This document shows, in pieces, positions 44,079 to 53,695 of a stretch of DNA of 64,000 bases (positions within the stretch are counted from its first letter, which is position 1; the number at the start of each line of letters is the position of its first letter). The notes below the pieces were generated by a model. That model worked only from the letters and a program-made list of their open reading frames with translations, was not told the DNA's origin and did not search any database. Origin of the DNA: Pseudomonadota bacterium (lineage in GTDB: Bacteria; Pseudomonadota; Gammaproteobacteria; Burkholderiales; Thiobacillaceae); the NCBI GenBank assembly GCA_021820845.1, contig JAKADC010000007.1, forward strand, positions 101,300-165,299, in the 5' to 3' direction. A program made the translations under genes and the position numbers.

Positions 44079-44264
44079 ATGGAAATCTTGATGTGGCTCT
44101 CCAAGCCCGAGAACGCCAAACCCTTGGGACTGGTCATTTTTTTCGTCACCTTCATCGGCATCGTGATCTACGCCTACGGTAGCAAGCAGCGCAGCGAGCG
44201 ACTCGAGTCTCGCGGCAACATACCGTTCCTGGACGATGAGGAAGACACGAAGGACAAGCAATGA
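44079..44264 (+). CDS. ccoQ: cbb3-type oxidase subunit CcoQ
   Basis: Single TM, IPFLDDE; lies between ccoO and ccoP. Confidence 0.9.
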   Translation: MEILMWLSKPENAKPLGLVIFFVTFIGIVIYAYGSKQRSERLESRGNIPFLDDEEDTKDKQ

Positions 44265-45181
44265 GCGAGCAAAAACTACAATCTCAAACTGTGCAAACCA
44301 CCGGTCATGCCTGGGACGGGGACCTTCAGGAATACAACAATCCGCTGCCCGTCTGGTGGGTCTACACGTTCTACATCACGGTGCTCTTCGCGATCGTGTA
44401 CTGGGTCATCTACCCGTCCTGGCCGTTCGGCAAGACGTGGATCGGCGGGGTTTCGAACGTGACCTACGTCAACAGCGACGGCCAAACCAAGACGCACGCC
44501 TGGAACACGCGCGCGCTGCTCATGGCGGACCTCAACAAGGCGGATGCGGCGCAAAAGCCCTACTTCGACAAGGTTGCCGCCATGTCCTACGCGCAGATCG
44601 CCAAGGATCCCGAGATGAGCGGCTTCATCCTGTCGGCGGGCAAGGCGCTCTTCGCCGACAACTGCGCGCCGTGCCACCAGGCGGGCGGCCAGGGCAAGCT
44701 CGGGTTCTTTCCCAACCTGACCGATGACGACTGGCTGTACGGCGGCACGTTCGACAAGATCCATCAAACCATCACCGGCGGTCGCCACGGTTACATGCCG
44801 ACTTTCAGCGAAGTGCTGTCCGGCGACCAGATCGACCAGCTTGCCAATTACGTGGCGAGCCTCTCGGGCATCGGCCACGACGCAGCCAAGGCGGCGGCCG
44901 GCAATACGCTCTTCCACAGCGAGACCGCGGCCTGTTACTACTGCCACGGCGTCGACGCCAAGGGACGCAAGGAGATCGGCTCGGCGAACCTGACCGACGA
45001 CATCTGGCTCTGGGCCAACGTGCCCGGCGCAGCGACCGCGGAAGGGAAGGTTGCAGCGATCCACAACGTGATCGCGAGCGGCCTCAACAAGGGTGTGATG
45101 CCGGCGTGGGGCGGCCGCCTTTCACCCGAACAAATCAAGGTTCTCACGGTCTATGTTCATGAATTGGGCGGTGGCCAGTAA
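44261..45181 (+). CDS. ccoP: cbb3-type oxidase subunit III
   Basis: TTGHAWDG, EYNNPLP, heme motifs CAPCH and CYYCH. Confidence 0.96.
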   Translation: MSEQKLQSQTVQTTGHAWDGDLQEYNNPLPVWWVYTFYITVLFAIVYWVIYPSWPFGKTWIGGVSNVTYVNSDGQTKTHAWNTRALLMADLNKADAAQKPYFDKVAAMSYAQIAKDPEMSGFILSAGKALFADNCAPCHQAGGQGKLGFFPNLTDDDWLYGGTFDKIHQTITGGRHGYMPTFSEVLSGDQIDQLANYVASLSGIGHDAAKAAAGNTLFHSETAACYYCHGVDAKGRKEIGSANLTDDIWLWANVPGAATAEGKVAAIHNVIASGLNKGVMPAWGGRLSPEQIKVLTVYVHELGGGQ

Positions 45182-45202
45182 AGGCGCGGAATGAGATGAG
45201 CG

Positions 45203-45226
45203 AAGCCCCCGTTTCCGGGGGCTTTT
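45203..45226 (+). terminator. Intrinsic terminator after ccoNOQP
   Basis: AAGCCCCCG-TTTC-CGGGGGCTT-TT. Confidence 0.8.
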
Positions 45227-45254
45227 GCTTCCCGCGGATTCAACCGGTCGAATC

Positions 45255-46694
45255 ATGCAAACAGGCTTAGAAGAGCAGCTCGGTCTTTACCAGAAACGCA
45301 TTCCCATCTTTACGCGGTCGGTGAAGGGGCGATTCCGCCGTTTCAAGACCTCCGTTCTGGCGCTCGCGTATGCGATTTATTTCCTGCTGCCGTGGCTGCC
45401 GTGGTCGCGCGTCGATGCACCGGCGCAGGCCGTGCTGTTCGACCTGCCCGGCCGGCGGTTCCTGATTTTCGGCCTGACGGTCTATCCGCAGGACGTCATC
45501 TGGCTGGCGCTCTTGCTCTTCATCGCAGCGATCCTGCTCTTCTTCGTCACAGGCCTGGTGGGGCGCGCGTTCTGCGGCTACTTCTGCTTCCAGACGCTGT
45601 GGACCGATTTCTACATCTGGATCGAAACCGTGATCCAGGGCGAACGTCCGGCCCGTATCCGCCTTTACCGGCAGCCGTGGAACCGCGAGAAGGTGGTCAA
45701 GGTCGGCGGCACCCATGCGCTGTGGGTGCTGGCCTCGTTCTGGACCGGCATGACGTTCGTCGCCTACTTCACCTACGCACCGCAGCTCGTGGTGGATTTC
45801 TTCACGGGCCAGGCGGCGTCCGCCGCCTACATCACCGTCACCGTGCTGACCATCTCGACCTATGCCGCGGCGGGCCTGATGCGCGAGCAGATCTGCACCT
45901 ACGTGTGCCCCTACGGCCGTTTCCAGAGCGTGATGTACGAACCGGAAACGCTGGCGGTGCACTACGACGCCAGGCGCGGCGAGGCGACGCACGGACGCGC
46001 GAGCGCACGCGCCGGCCAGCGCACGCTTGCCGAGCGCCATGACAAGGGCGTCGGCGATTGCGTCGACTGCGGCCTGTGCGTCCAGGTGTGTCCGACCGGC
46101 ATCGACATCCGCGACGGGCTTCAGTACAAATGCATTTCCTGCGGGCTTTGCATCGACGCCTGCAACAGCATCATGGACTCGTTCAATTTTCCGCGCGGCC
46201 TGATCCGCTACGACTCGGAGAAAAACCTGGCCGCAGACGTCCCCGCGCCGCCCAGGGTCGAATGGAAGCGTCTCAAAACGATCGGGTACGGGGTTGCACT
46301 GATCCTCATGGGCGGCTATCTCGCCTACAGCATCGGCAGCCGCGGCAGCTACGACCGGGCCGTCAATCAGATCCGGCAACCGTTGTACGTGGTGCTCTCG
46401 AACGGCGACATCCGCAATCGCTATCAGATCCGCATCACGAACAAGGCGCCGCAGGATCAGACCTACGTCATCAGCGCGAAAGGGATACCCGCGAGCGCGC
46501 TCGATCTCGGCAATTTCCGGGAAATAACGATCCGGCCCGGCCACAGCGGGCTCGTCCAGGCCAGCGTGCGCCTTGATCCCGAATTGGCAGAGCACACCCG
46601 GCGCTTCGAGCTGGTCATCACCCCGCGGGGCAAGCCCGGCGAAGCGCGTTCCGAAACCGTCCGTTTCGACAGTCCGAAAGAGCTGCATGGATAA
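45255..46694 (+). CDS. ccoG: Cytochrome oxidase accessory Fe-S protein CcoG/FixG
   Basis: CGYFCFQT, CTYVCPYGRFQ, CVDCGLCVQVCPTG, CISCGLCIDAC. Confidence 0.96.
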   Translation: MQTGLEEQLGLYQKRIPIFTRSVKGRFRRFKTSVLALAYAIYFLLPWLPWSRVDAPAQAVLFDLPGRRFLIFGLTVYPQDVIWLALLLFIAAILLFFVTGLVGRAFCGYFCFQTLWTDFYIWIETVIQGERPARIRLYRQPWNREKVVKVGGTHALWVLASFWTGMTFVAYFTYAPQLVVDFFTGQAASAAYITVTVLTISTYAAAGLMREQICTYVCPYGRFQSVMYEPETLAVHYDARRGEATHGRASARAGQRTLAERHDKGVGDCVDCGLCVQVCPTGIDIRDGLQYKCISCGLCIDACNSIMDSFNFPRGLIRYDSEKNLAADVPAPPRVEWKRLKTIGYGVALILMGGYLAYSIGSRGSYDRAVNQIRQPLYVVLSNGDIRNRYQIRITNKAPQDQTYVISAKGIPASALDLGNFREITIRPGHSGLVQASVRLDPELAEHTRRFELVITPRGKPGEARSETVRFDSPKELHG

Positions 46695-47463
46695 CACCGT
46701 CATCACCCTGTTCGGCGGCCTGGCCGGCGTGCTCGTCCTGTATGCCATCGGGAGCCTCGTGCGCCTGCCCGCCATCCTGCGCGCCGTCCTGGCAGGACTG
46801 ATCCCGCTCTTCGCGTACTTCGTGTATATCGTCGGGCACTGGCCGGGGCTGGACGTGGTGGCGATCCACATCTCGGTTTTCTTCGCGACCGCGCTGGTGC
46901 TGTTTGCCCTGACCCTGTTCCGGCGGCGTGGCGGACGCATGCACTGGGTGCCGAAGCTGCTCATGTCCTTCTTCGTCGGACTGGCCGTGCTGATGGGGGC
47001 GTTTCTTTACATCGCGAACAACGGCCTGCCCGAGCCGATCGGCCGGGCGTGGCTGGGCAGCAAGACCGGAGGCCCGGTCTACAGTGGATTTTCCGGCGTG
47101 GTTCCCCACAACCAGGAAGCGGCCACCGCGATTTCCTCGGAGCTCTCGAAACGCCACCGCGAGGCCGCGCTCGGCTGGAATATCGACGTCAGCGGACTCG
47201 ACGGAAGCGGCCTGGACCGCAACGTGCGGGTCCGCGTCAGGAACCAGACCGGCCTCCCGGTCGACGGGGTCGAGGCCGAACTCCGGCTGGAGCGTCCCGG
47301 CGCAACGCTGCCCGAACTCACGGTGCCGTTGGTCGAGCTGGACGGCGGCGTCTACGGCGGGGCGGTACACATTCCGGCGAGCGGGCGCTGGCTGGCCGAA
47401 GTCCGTCTTTCGCGTGAGCGCCAGCTCCGCTACCAGCACACGCGGGAGCTCGAAATACCGTGA
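46687..47463 (+). CDS. ccoH: FixH/CcoH family protein with extra N-terminal TM segments
   Basis: Position after ccoG; C-terminal Ig-like part (RPGAT...GVY.G...SGRW). Confidence 0.7.
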   Translation: MDNTVITLFGGLAGVLVLYAIGSLVRLPAILRAVLAGLIPLFAYFVYIVGHWPGLDVVAIHISVFFATALVLFALTLFRRRGGRMHWVPKLLMSFFVGLAVLMGAFLYIANNGLPEPIGRAWLGSKTGGPVYSGFSGVVPHNQEAATAISSELSKRHREAALGWNIDVSGLDGSGLDRNVRVRVRNQTGLPVDGVEAELRLERPGATLPELTVPLVELDGGVYGGAVHIPASGRWLAEVRLSRERQLRYQHTRELEIP

Positions 47464-47657
47464 GCGGGATCCTGGGCTTCCTGTTCCTGTTGTCGGGGGT
47501 GTTCGTGCTGTTTATCGTCCTGGGGGTGTTCTGGTCGATCAAAAGCGGGCAGTTCGACGACCTGGAAGGCCCGGCCGAACGCATCCTGATGGACGACGAC
47601 GACCCGCTGCTGCCGACCCAACGGCCGAAGGAAAAAGACGACCGCCCGCGCAAATAG
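47460..47657 (+). CDS. ccoS: cbb3 oxidase maturation protein CcoS
   Basis: FWSIKSGQFDDLEGPAERILMDDD. Confidence 0.95.
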   Translation: MSGILGFLFLLSGVFVLFIVLGVFWSIKSGQFDDLEGPAERILMDDDDPLLPTQRPKEKDDRPRK

Positions 47658-47732
47658 CCGAACCGGCACCGGACCGTACCCAAACGGACGCAAGTACATT
47701 AAAATTCATCAAACTTTTATGGAGTACGCACA

Positions 47733-47840
47733 ATGAAGCAGCTTCTGACCTTTCAAGGTTTCCCCATGATCGTGGTGGTCGGATTGATCGTTTGGGCGTG
47801 GATCAGCCTTTTTTCGGTCATCATCGGCTCTTTCTTCTGA
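47733..47840 (+). CDS. Unannotated 35-aa single-TM small protein
   Basis: MKQLLTFQGFPMIVVVGLIVWAWISLFSVIIGSFF*; GGAG upstream at 47721-24, followed by a terminator. Confidence 0.6.
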   Translation: MKQLLTFQGFPMIVVVGLIVWAWISLFSVIIGSFF

Positions 47841-47857
47841 CCGTTCCCTTTTCGATT

Positions 47858-47890
47858 AAAAACGCCCCGCAGTCATCGCGGGGCGTTTTT
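47858..47890. terminator. Bidirectional intrinsic terminator
   Basis: AAAAACGCCCCGC-AGTCATC-GCGGGGCGTTTTT. Confidence 0.88.
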
Positions 47891-47993
47891 ACGTCCGTCT
47901 TCCGCTCGGCGGTCCATGGCGAGCCAACACCGCCTGTTCTTACCTGTCCGCCTCTGACTGAGACAAGGCTTGGCTCGAGACTTGTGCCTCCGC

Positions 47994-50900
47994 TCACGCC
48001 GCGCGGCGCGGCTTCCGCACCCGCAGTCCCCACCACGCCAAAAGGGGGAGCAGGGTAAGGGTAAACAGCGTGGCAGTGATGACGCCTCCGACAATCACCA
48101 CGGCGAAGGGACGCTGCGTCTCCGAGCCGATGGCATGGGAGAGCGCGGCCGGCAACAGGCCGAGCCCGGCCATCAGCGCAGTCATGAGAATGGGGCGCAG
48201 GCGGGAGACCGCTCCCTCGGTGACGGCACGCAGCAGGCTGGCGCCGTTGTCCACCAATCGCACCACTTCCTCGAGAAGGATCACGCCGTTCTGCACGGAG
48301 ATCCCCGCGACGGCAATGAAGCCGACCGCGGCCGAGATGGAGAGATGCAGCCCGGCCAGACCGAGGGCAAAGAACCCGCCCGTAATGTTGAAGGGCAGCA
48401 TGGCGAGGATCAGGCCGGCCAGTCGCACGGAGCGGAAGGCCCAGAAGAGCAGGGCAAAGATGCCCAGCAGCGAGGCTGGGACGATGACCGCCAGGCGTTT
48501 CATGGCGCGCTGCTGGTTCTCGAATTGCCCGCCCCAGACGATGCGGTAGCCGGGAGGAAGTTGTACCGCCTTGACCACCTTGGCCATGGCCTCGGTGACG
48601 AAGCTGCCCTGGTCGCGGCCCAGCAGGTTGGCCTTGACCGCGACGTTGCGCCCTCCTGCTTCGCGGGAGATCCGCGAAGCGCCTTCGCGCACTTCAACCG
48701 TGGCGACATCGGCGATCCGTACGGTGCCTGCATTGTTGGGCAGCGCGATGGGAACCGCGCCCACGTCTTCCACCGAATTGCGATACGCCTTCGCGAAGCG
48801 GAGCGTCAGGTCGAAGCGGCGTTCGCCTTCGTAGAAAGCGCCGGCGGTGCTGCCGCCCAGCGCGGTCTGCACCGCGTTGGCGAGGTCGGCCATCGACAAG
48901 CCGAGGCGTGCCAGTTTGACGCGATCGGGCAATACCACCACCTCGGGCTGGCCCCCGGGCAGGATGGCCGCGACGTCGCGGCTGCCCTGGACGCCGCGCA
49001 GGATCGAGGCAATCTGTTCGGCCTTATCCTGCAGGACATCGAGATCGGGACCGAAGACTTTCACGGCGATCTCACCCTTCACGCCGGACAAGGCTTCCTC
49101 GACGTTGTCCTGGATGACCTGGGAGAAATTGGTGGGCAGGCCGGGCAGGACCGCGAGCTTCTTCTCCATGTCGGCCACCAGCGCATCCTTGGTGGGGAAG
49201 CGCCACGTGTCCCGTGGCTGCAGGTCGGCAAGGATCTCCATGTTGTTCGGGCCCTTGGGGTCGGTGCCGTCATCGGGGCGCCCCACTTGCGAGACGACCA
49301 TCTTCACTTCCGGATAGCTGCGCAGGGTCGTGCGCACCACCCGTTCCACGTCCTTGGTGTGCTCGAGCGACGAGCCGGGCGGCAAGGTGATGGTCAGCCA
49401 CAGGTTGCCTTCGTCCAGTTGCGGAAGGAATTCGCTGCCGAGCAACGGCACCAGGGAAAATGCCAAGACGACGATCGCGCCGGCGATGCCGAATGCCATG
49501 CGCGGATGGCGCCGAATCCGGCTGAGCAGGCGGCGGTAGCCATGCTGCAGGCGAACCAGCCAGTCGATGTGTTTTTCCGCAAGATCTCGCCAGTTGAGCA
49601 CGACCGACAACAGGGCGGGAACCAGGGTGAGCGTGAGCAGCACGGCGCCCAGCAAGGAAAAGGACAGGATCAGGGCCACCGGGGAGAAGATCCGTCCCTC
49701 CACCCGCTGGAAGGTGAAGATGGGCAGAAAGGCAAGGATGATGATGGCCTTGGAGAACAGGATGGGTTTGGCCAGATCTGCGGTGACCCAGCGCAAGGCT
49801 TCGAAGCGGCGCGTGATCGGCGATTCGGCGCTGGCATCCACATGATGCAGCGCGAGTCGGACCATGAGGGCTTCCACCAGCACGACGGCGCTGTCGATGA
49901 TGATGCCGAAGTCCACGGTGCCGAGCGAGATGAGGTTCGCCGGCACCCCCTTCAGGTCCATGAGCGTGAAGGCGAAGAGCAGCGTCAGCGGAATGATCGC
50001 CGCCACGACCAGGGCCGCCCGCCATTCGCGCAGGAAAATCACCAGTACCGACACGACCAGAAGGGCACCGGTCAGCAGGTTCTCGCTCACCGTATGGACG
50101 GTATGGTGAACCAGGTCGGTGCGCTGATAGATGGGTTTGATGCTCACGCCCTTGGGCAGCTGGCCGTGGTTGAGCTCGTCGACCCGCCCCAGCAGGTCGG
50201 CCACCACCTTCGACGGATCGCCGCCCTTGGTCATGAGGACGATGCCCTCGACAACCGAATCCTGATCGTCGTAGGCGACGATCCCGGAAAGCGGACGGTC
50301 GCCGACTTCGATCGCTGCGATGTCGCCGACCGTCACGGTTTTGCCGTCCCGGGCGCTGACGACGGCGGCGCGGATGTCCTCGATCCGGGAGAACAGACCG
50401 ATTGCGCGAACGACCAGGGTTTCGTCGCCCCGCGTCATCAGGCCGCCTGAAGCGTTCTGGTTGCCATTGGCGAGCGCCTGCGAAACCTGGTCCAGGCTGA
50501 CGCCATAGCGGGCCATGGCGTCGGGGTTGAGCCGTACCTGATATTCCTTGATCGCGCCGCCGAAACTGTTGACATCGGCCACGCCGGACACCCGGCGCAG
50601 GGCAGGGCGCACCACCCAGTCCTGCAGGGCGCGCACCTCGCGGGCCGGCATGCCGGGGGGCGCTTGCAGCACGTAGCGATAGATCTCGCCGACCGCGGTC
50701 GACAGCGGGGCCAGTTGCGGCTGGATACCGGGCGGCAGGGTGACGTTCTGCAGCTTTTCCAGCACCTGGTTGCGCGCGAAGTAGTCGTTGGTTCCATCGT
50801 CGAAGGTCAGGGTCACGACCGACAGACCGGTGATCGACACCGAGCGCACCTGGGTTGCCCGCGGTACGCCGCTCATTTCCCTTTCGATGGGGATGCTGAG

Positions 50901-51092
50901 GGTGCGCTCGACGTCCTCCGGCGACTGTCCGGGATACTGGGTCACCACCTGCACCTGCACGTCCTGGACGTCGGGGAAGGCCTCCACCGGCAGGTTCTGC
51001 AGGGCGCGTACGCCGATCACCGCGAGGGCTACCGCCATCACCAGGATGAAGAGCCGCTGGCGGATGACGAAAATCGAGAGGTGGCCGAACAC
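47994..51092 (-). CDS. CusA/CzcA-family heavy-metal RND permease
   Basis: EAFPDV, DFGIIIDSAVVLVE, GSEFLPQLDEG, RLRPILMTA, GSETQRPFA. Confidence 0.92.
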   Translation of the reverse strand: MFGHLSIFVIRQRLFILVMAVALAVIGVRALQNLPVEAFPDVQDVQVQVVTQYPGQSPEDVERTLSIPIEREMSGVPRATQVRSVSITGLSVVTLTFDDGTNDYFARNQVLEKLQNVTLPPGIQPQLAPLSTAVGEIYRYVLQAPPGMPAREVRALQDWVVRPALRRVSGVADVNSFGGAIKEYQVRLNPDAMARYGVSLDQVSQALANGNQNASGGLMTRGDETLVVRAIGLFSRIEDIRAAVVSARDGKTVTVGDIAAIEVGDRPLSGIVAYDDQDSVVEGIVLMTKGGDPSKVVADLLGRVDELNHGQLPKGVSIKPIYQRTDLVHHTVHTVSENLLTGALLVVSVLVIFLREWRAALVVAAIIPLTLLFAFTLMDLKGVPANLISLGTVDFGIIIDSAVVLVEALMVRLALHHVDASAESPITRRFEALRWVTADLAKPILFSKAIIILAFLPIFTFQRVEGRIFSPVALILSFSLLGAVLLTLTLVPALLSVVLNWRDLAEKHIDWLVRLQHGYRRLLSRIRRHPRMAFGIAGAIVVLAFSLVPLLGSEFLPQLDEGNLWLTITLPPGSSLEHTKDVERVVRTTLRSYPEVKMVVSQVGRPDDGTDPKGPNNMEILADLQPRDTWRFPTKDALVADMEKKLAVLPGLPTNFSQVIQDNVEEALSGVKGEIAVKVFGPDLDVLQDKAEQIASILRGVQGSRDVAAILPGGQPEVVVLPDRVKLARLGLSMADLANAVQTALGGSTAGAFYEGERRFDLTLRFAKAYRNSVEDVGAVPIALPNNAGTVRIADVATVEVREGASRISREAGGRNVAVKANLLGRDQGSFVTEAMAKVVKAVQLPPGYRIVWGGQFENQQRAMKRLAVIVPASLLGIFALLFWAFRSVRLAGLILAMLPFNITGGFFALGLAGLHLSISAAVGFIAVAGISVQNGVILLEEVVRLVDNGASLLRAVTEGAVSRLRPILMTALMAGLGLLPAALSHAIGSETQRPFAVVIVGGVITATLFTLTLLPLLAWWGLRVRKPRRAA

Positions 51093-51093
51093 C

Positions 51094-52284
51094 TTATTCT
51101 CCCTGCGCCAGTTCGGACGCGAGCAGCAGCGCGCCCCGCACCACGACCTTGTCGCCGGGCTTGAGGCCGGAGTCGGGCGTCAGGTAGGCAAATTCGGCAT
51201 CCTGGCGGGCGACGCTCACGCGACGGCGCTCGAATGTGCGTGGGCCGAGCTGGACGAACAGGCGAGTCGTCAGGCCGTCCGTCAGCAAAGCGCCGACGGG
51301 CACGCGGAGGACCGTGGCGGCCTTGGGATCACTGATGGTGGCGCGGGCGAACATTTCCGGCTTGAGCCGGCCGTCGCCGTTGTCGACCAGTGCCCGTACC
51401 GGAATGCGCCGGGTGGTCGGGTCGACCATGGCGCCCACCCGTTCGATGCGCGCGGAAAATTCCTCGCCCGGGAAAGCCTCGACGCTGAAATTCACTGCCG
51501 CCCCTGGCTTGGCCAGGGCGGCGGCCTGTTCCGGCAGATCGATATTGAGCCAGAGGCGGCGCAAGTCGGACAGGATGAACAAGGGCGTCGCCGCATCGGG
51601 CCTTACCTCCGTGCCGGGATTGGCCTGGCGGTCGACGACGACGCCGCCGAGCGGCGCGCGCAGGACCAGGCGCTGGCCTTCGATGCGGCTGCCCGGGGGG
51701 GCGAGATTGGCAAGCCGCAAGCGGGCACGATCCGCCTCCGCGTCGGCGGCGCGAGCGTCGGCTTGCGCGGCTTCCAGATCGCGGCGCGCCAGCGCTTCGC
51801 CCCCGAACAGGGTCTGCGCGCGCGCCAGGGCCTTTTTCTTCAGGGTGGCGTCGGCTTGTGCCTTGCGCAGGTCGGCTACGGCCTGGCCGAAATCCGGCGC
51901 ATCGAGGATGGCAAGGGGCGTGCCGGAGACGACGGCATCGCCGGGATCCGCTTTCAGCGCAAGGATGCGTCCCGCAAGCGGCGGAAAGATCCGCGCCGTC
52001 CGGTCTTCGGCCAGGGCCAGACGGGCGTTCATCGGATCGCTGGCGGGCAGCGGCGCGAGGCCGGCCGCTTCGAGTTTAAGAAAAGCCAACTGCGAAGCAT
52101 CCTGCGGCAGGACCACCTGGTTGGCGGGCGCCTTGGGCGTGTCCTTCTGCTGCGGGGAGGGCGGCGCGGCGTGTTCGGCGCGCCAGGCGGCGACCCCACC
52201 GATCGCGAGGAGGGTGGCGAGGACAAGCGGGGCGACGCGCCTGGTGCGGGCGCGCGTGCGCCGGCCGGAAGAAGATCGGGTCAT
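51094..52284 (-). CDS. RND periplasmic adaptor (MFP, CzcB-like)
   Basis: Lipoyl-like repeats, RAPLGG, VDPTTR, LKPEMFA. Confidence 0.92.
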   Translation of the reverse strand: MTRSSSGRRTRARTRRVAPLVLATLLAIGGVAAWRAEHAAPPSPQQKDTPKAPANQVVLPQDASQLAFLKLEAAGLAPLPASDPMNARLALAEDRTARIFPPLAGRILALKADPGDAVVSGTPLAILDAPDFGQAVADLRKAQADATLKKKALARAQTLFGGEALARRDLEAAQADARAADAEADRARLRLANLAPPGSRIEGQRLVLRAPLGGVVVDRQANPGTEVRPDAATPLFILSDLRRLWLNIDLPEQAAALAKPGAAVNFSVEAFPGEEFSARIERVGAMVDPTTRRIPVRALVDNGDGRLKPEMFARATISDPKAATVLRVPVGALLTDGLTTRLFVQLGPRTFERRRVSVARQDAEFAYLTPDSGLKPGDKVVVRGALLLASELAQGE

Positions 52285-53531
52285 GGCAATTCCTGGAGAT
52301 TCGTTGCGGCGGCCCAGGCGGCACGGGCCTTGGCCGCGTCGTCGAGCGCATTGACGGTGTCGATTTCGACGGCGTAGAGGCTGCGCCGGGCATCGATGAC
52401 ATCGAGGGTCGAGGCGCCGCCCTGGCTGAAGGCGAACTGGACGGCGGTATTGGCCTTGCGCGCTGCCGGCAGCGCTTCGTCGCGCAGGCGGCTCGCGCGC
52501 TCGCTCAGGCGCTCGGCCTCGAAGGTGGACTGGCTGAAATCGGCGGCGGCCGTGGCCTTGACGCGTTCGAGTTCATCCTGCGCGGAATCGCGCGCGATGA
52601 AGGCCTGGCGGATTTCGCCGCGGAAGTCGTAGCCGGTGAACAGGGGAACGCTGACGCCGACGCCGACCAGGTTGCTGCCGGGATACTGGTTGTTGCGCTC
52701 GAACTGGGCGCCGACGGTGACATCGCGCACCTGCTGGGATTTGGCCAGATCGATGGCTTTCCCCGCCGCAGCCAGCCGCTGGCGGGCGGCGATGACATCC
52801 GGACGCTTGTCCAGATCGGGTGGCGTGGATGGCAAGGGGCCGAGCGAGGGCCAGGAATCGGCGGTTGCGAGCTGCGCGGCGTCGGCTTCCATGGCCAGCA
52901 ACTGGGCGAGGGCGAGCCGCGCGCGCTGGCGGTCGATCTCGGCCTGGCTGGCGTCGCTGTCGGCACGCAAGGTGTCGGCGCGGATGCGCTCGACGTCGGA
53001 GGGCGCGAGGTCGCCGGCCTTCAGACGCAACTCGGTCTTGCTCAGCAGCTCGTGCGCCAGGTGGGCCGATTCGATGCTCAGGCGGGCGCGGTCCTCGGCT
53101 GCCTTGAGGTCGAAGTAGGCCTGACGGGCCAGCATGCGCTGCTGGCGCAGGCTGTCGGATTCGTCAGAGCGGCTGGCCTGGAGCAGGGCATCCGCCACGC
53201 CAAGGCGCAGTTCCCGCTTGTTGCCGCGCTCGAGCGGCTGGTCGATGCGCAGGGCCGTATCGAGAGACCCGTTGTCGCCGGGAGACTTGGCGTTGATTCC
53301 GCTGGTATTCAGCGACACCGTCGGATTGGGCCGACCGGAAGCGATCGTGACGGACGCCTCGGCAGCCATCGCGGCGCGGCGGGACGCGGTGAGGGTGCGG
53401 TTGTGTTCCACAAGCAGTTGCTCGACGTCGGCAAGACGCAGCCGGCCGAGGTTTGCGGGTTCGGCTGCTGCCGCCGGACCGGTCAGGCAGACGGCCAGAA
53501 GGATGTACGTGAGGAAGGAGGGCGTTCGCAT
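52281..53531 (-). CDS. TolC/CzcC-family outer membrane factor
   Basis: DKRPDVIAA, GVSVPLF, repeated OEP halves. Confidence 0.9.
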   Translation of the reverse strand: MRTPSFLTYILLAVCLTGPAAAAEPANLGRLRLADVEQLLVEHNRTLTASRRAAMAAEASVTIASGRPNPTVSLNTSGINAKSPGDNGSLDTALRIDQPLERGNKRELRLGVADALLQASRSDESDSLRQQRMLARQAYFDLKAAEDRARLSIESAHLAHELLSKTELRLKAGDLAPSDVERIRADTLRADSDASQAEIDRQRARLALAQLLAMEADAAQLATADSWPSLGPLPSTPPDLDKRPDVIAARQRLAAAGKAIDLAKSQQVRDVTVGAQFERNNQYPGSNLVGVGVSVPLFTGYDFRGEIRQAFIARDSAQDELERVKATAAADFSQSTFEAERLSERASRLRDEALPAARKANTAVQFAFSQGGASTLDVIDARRSLYAVEIDTVNALDDAAKARAAWAAATNLQELP

Positions 53532-53695
53532 GGGCAAGCACGATAGGGCATGCCACCTGTCGCGACCCTGACAGGGAAGGCGCGCGTTTACCGTGCAGGC
53601 GGAAAGGCGTTGGGGCACGCTGGGATGCGTGAACCCGAGGCCGTTTGGCGCATGCCGCAGGAATGCTTCAGGTGGCCCGCGCGGACGGGTGCGAA

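Noticed and set aside
32489-47657. Adjacency of aa3 and cbb3 operons as a novelty in itself
   Set aside because: From memory this arrangement is already described in Thiobacillus denitrificans; only its regulatory and small-protein details are reported as findings
47699-47712. FNR-like TTAAA-ATTC-ATCAA upstream of the small ORF
   Set aside because: Only one half-site matches; too weak to call
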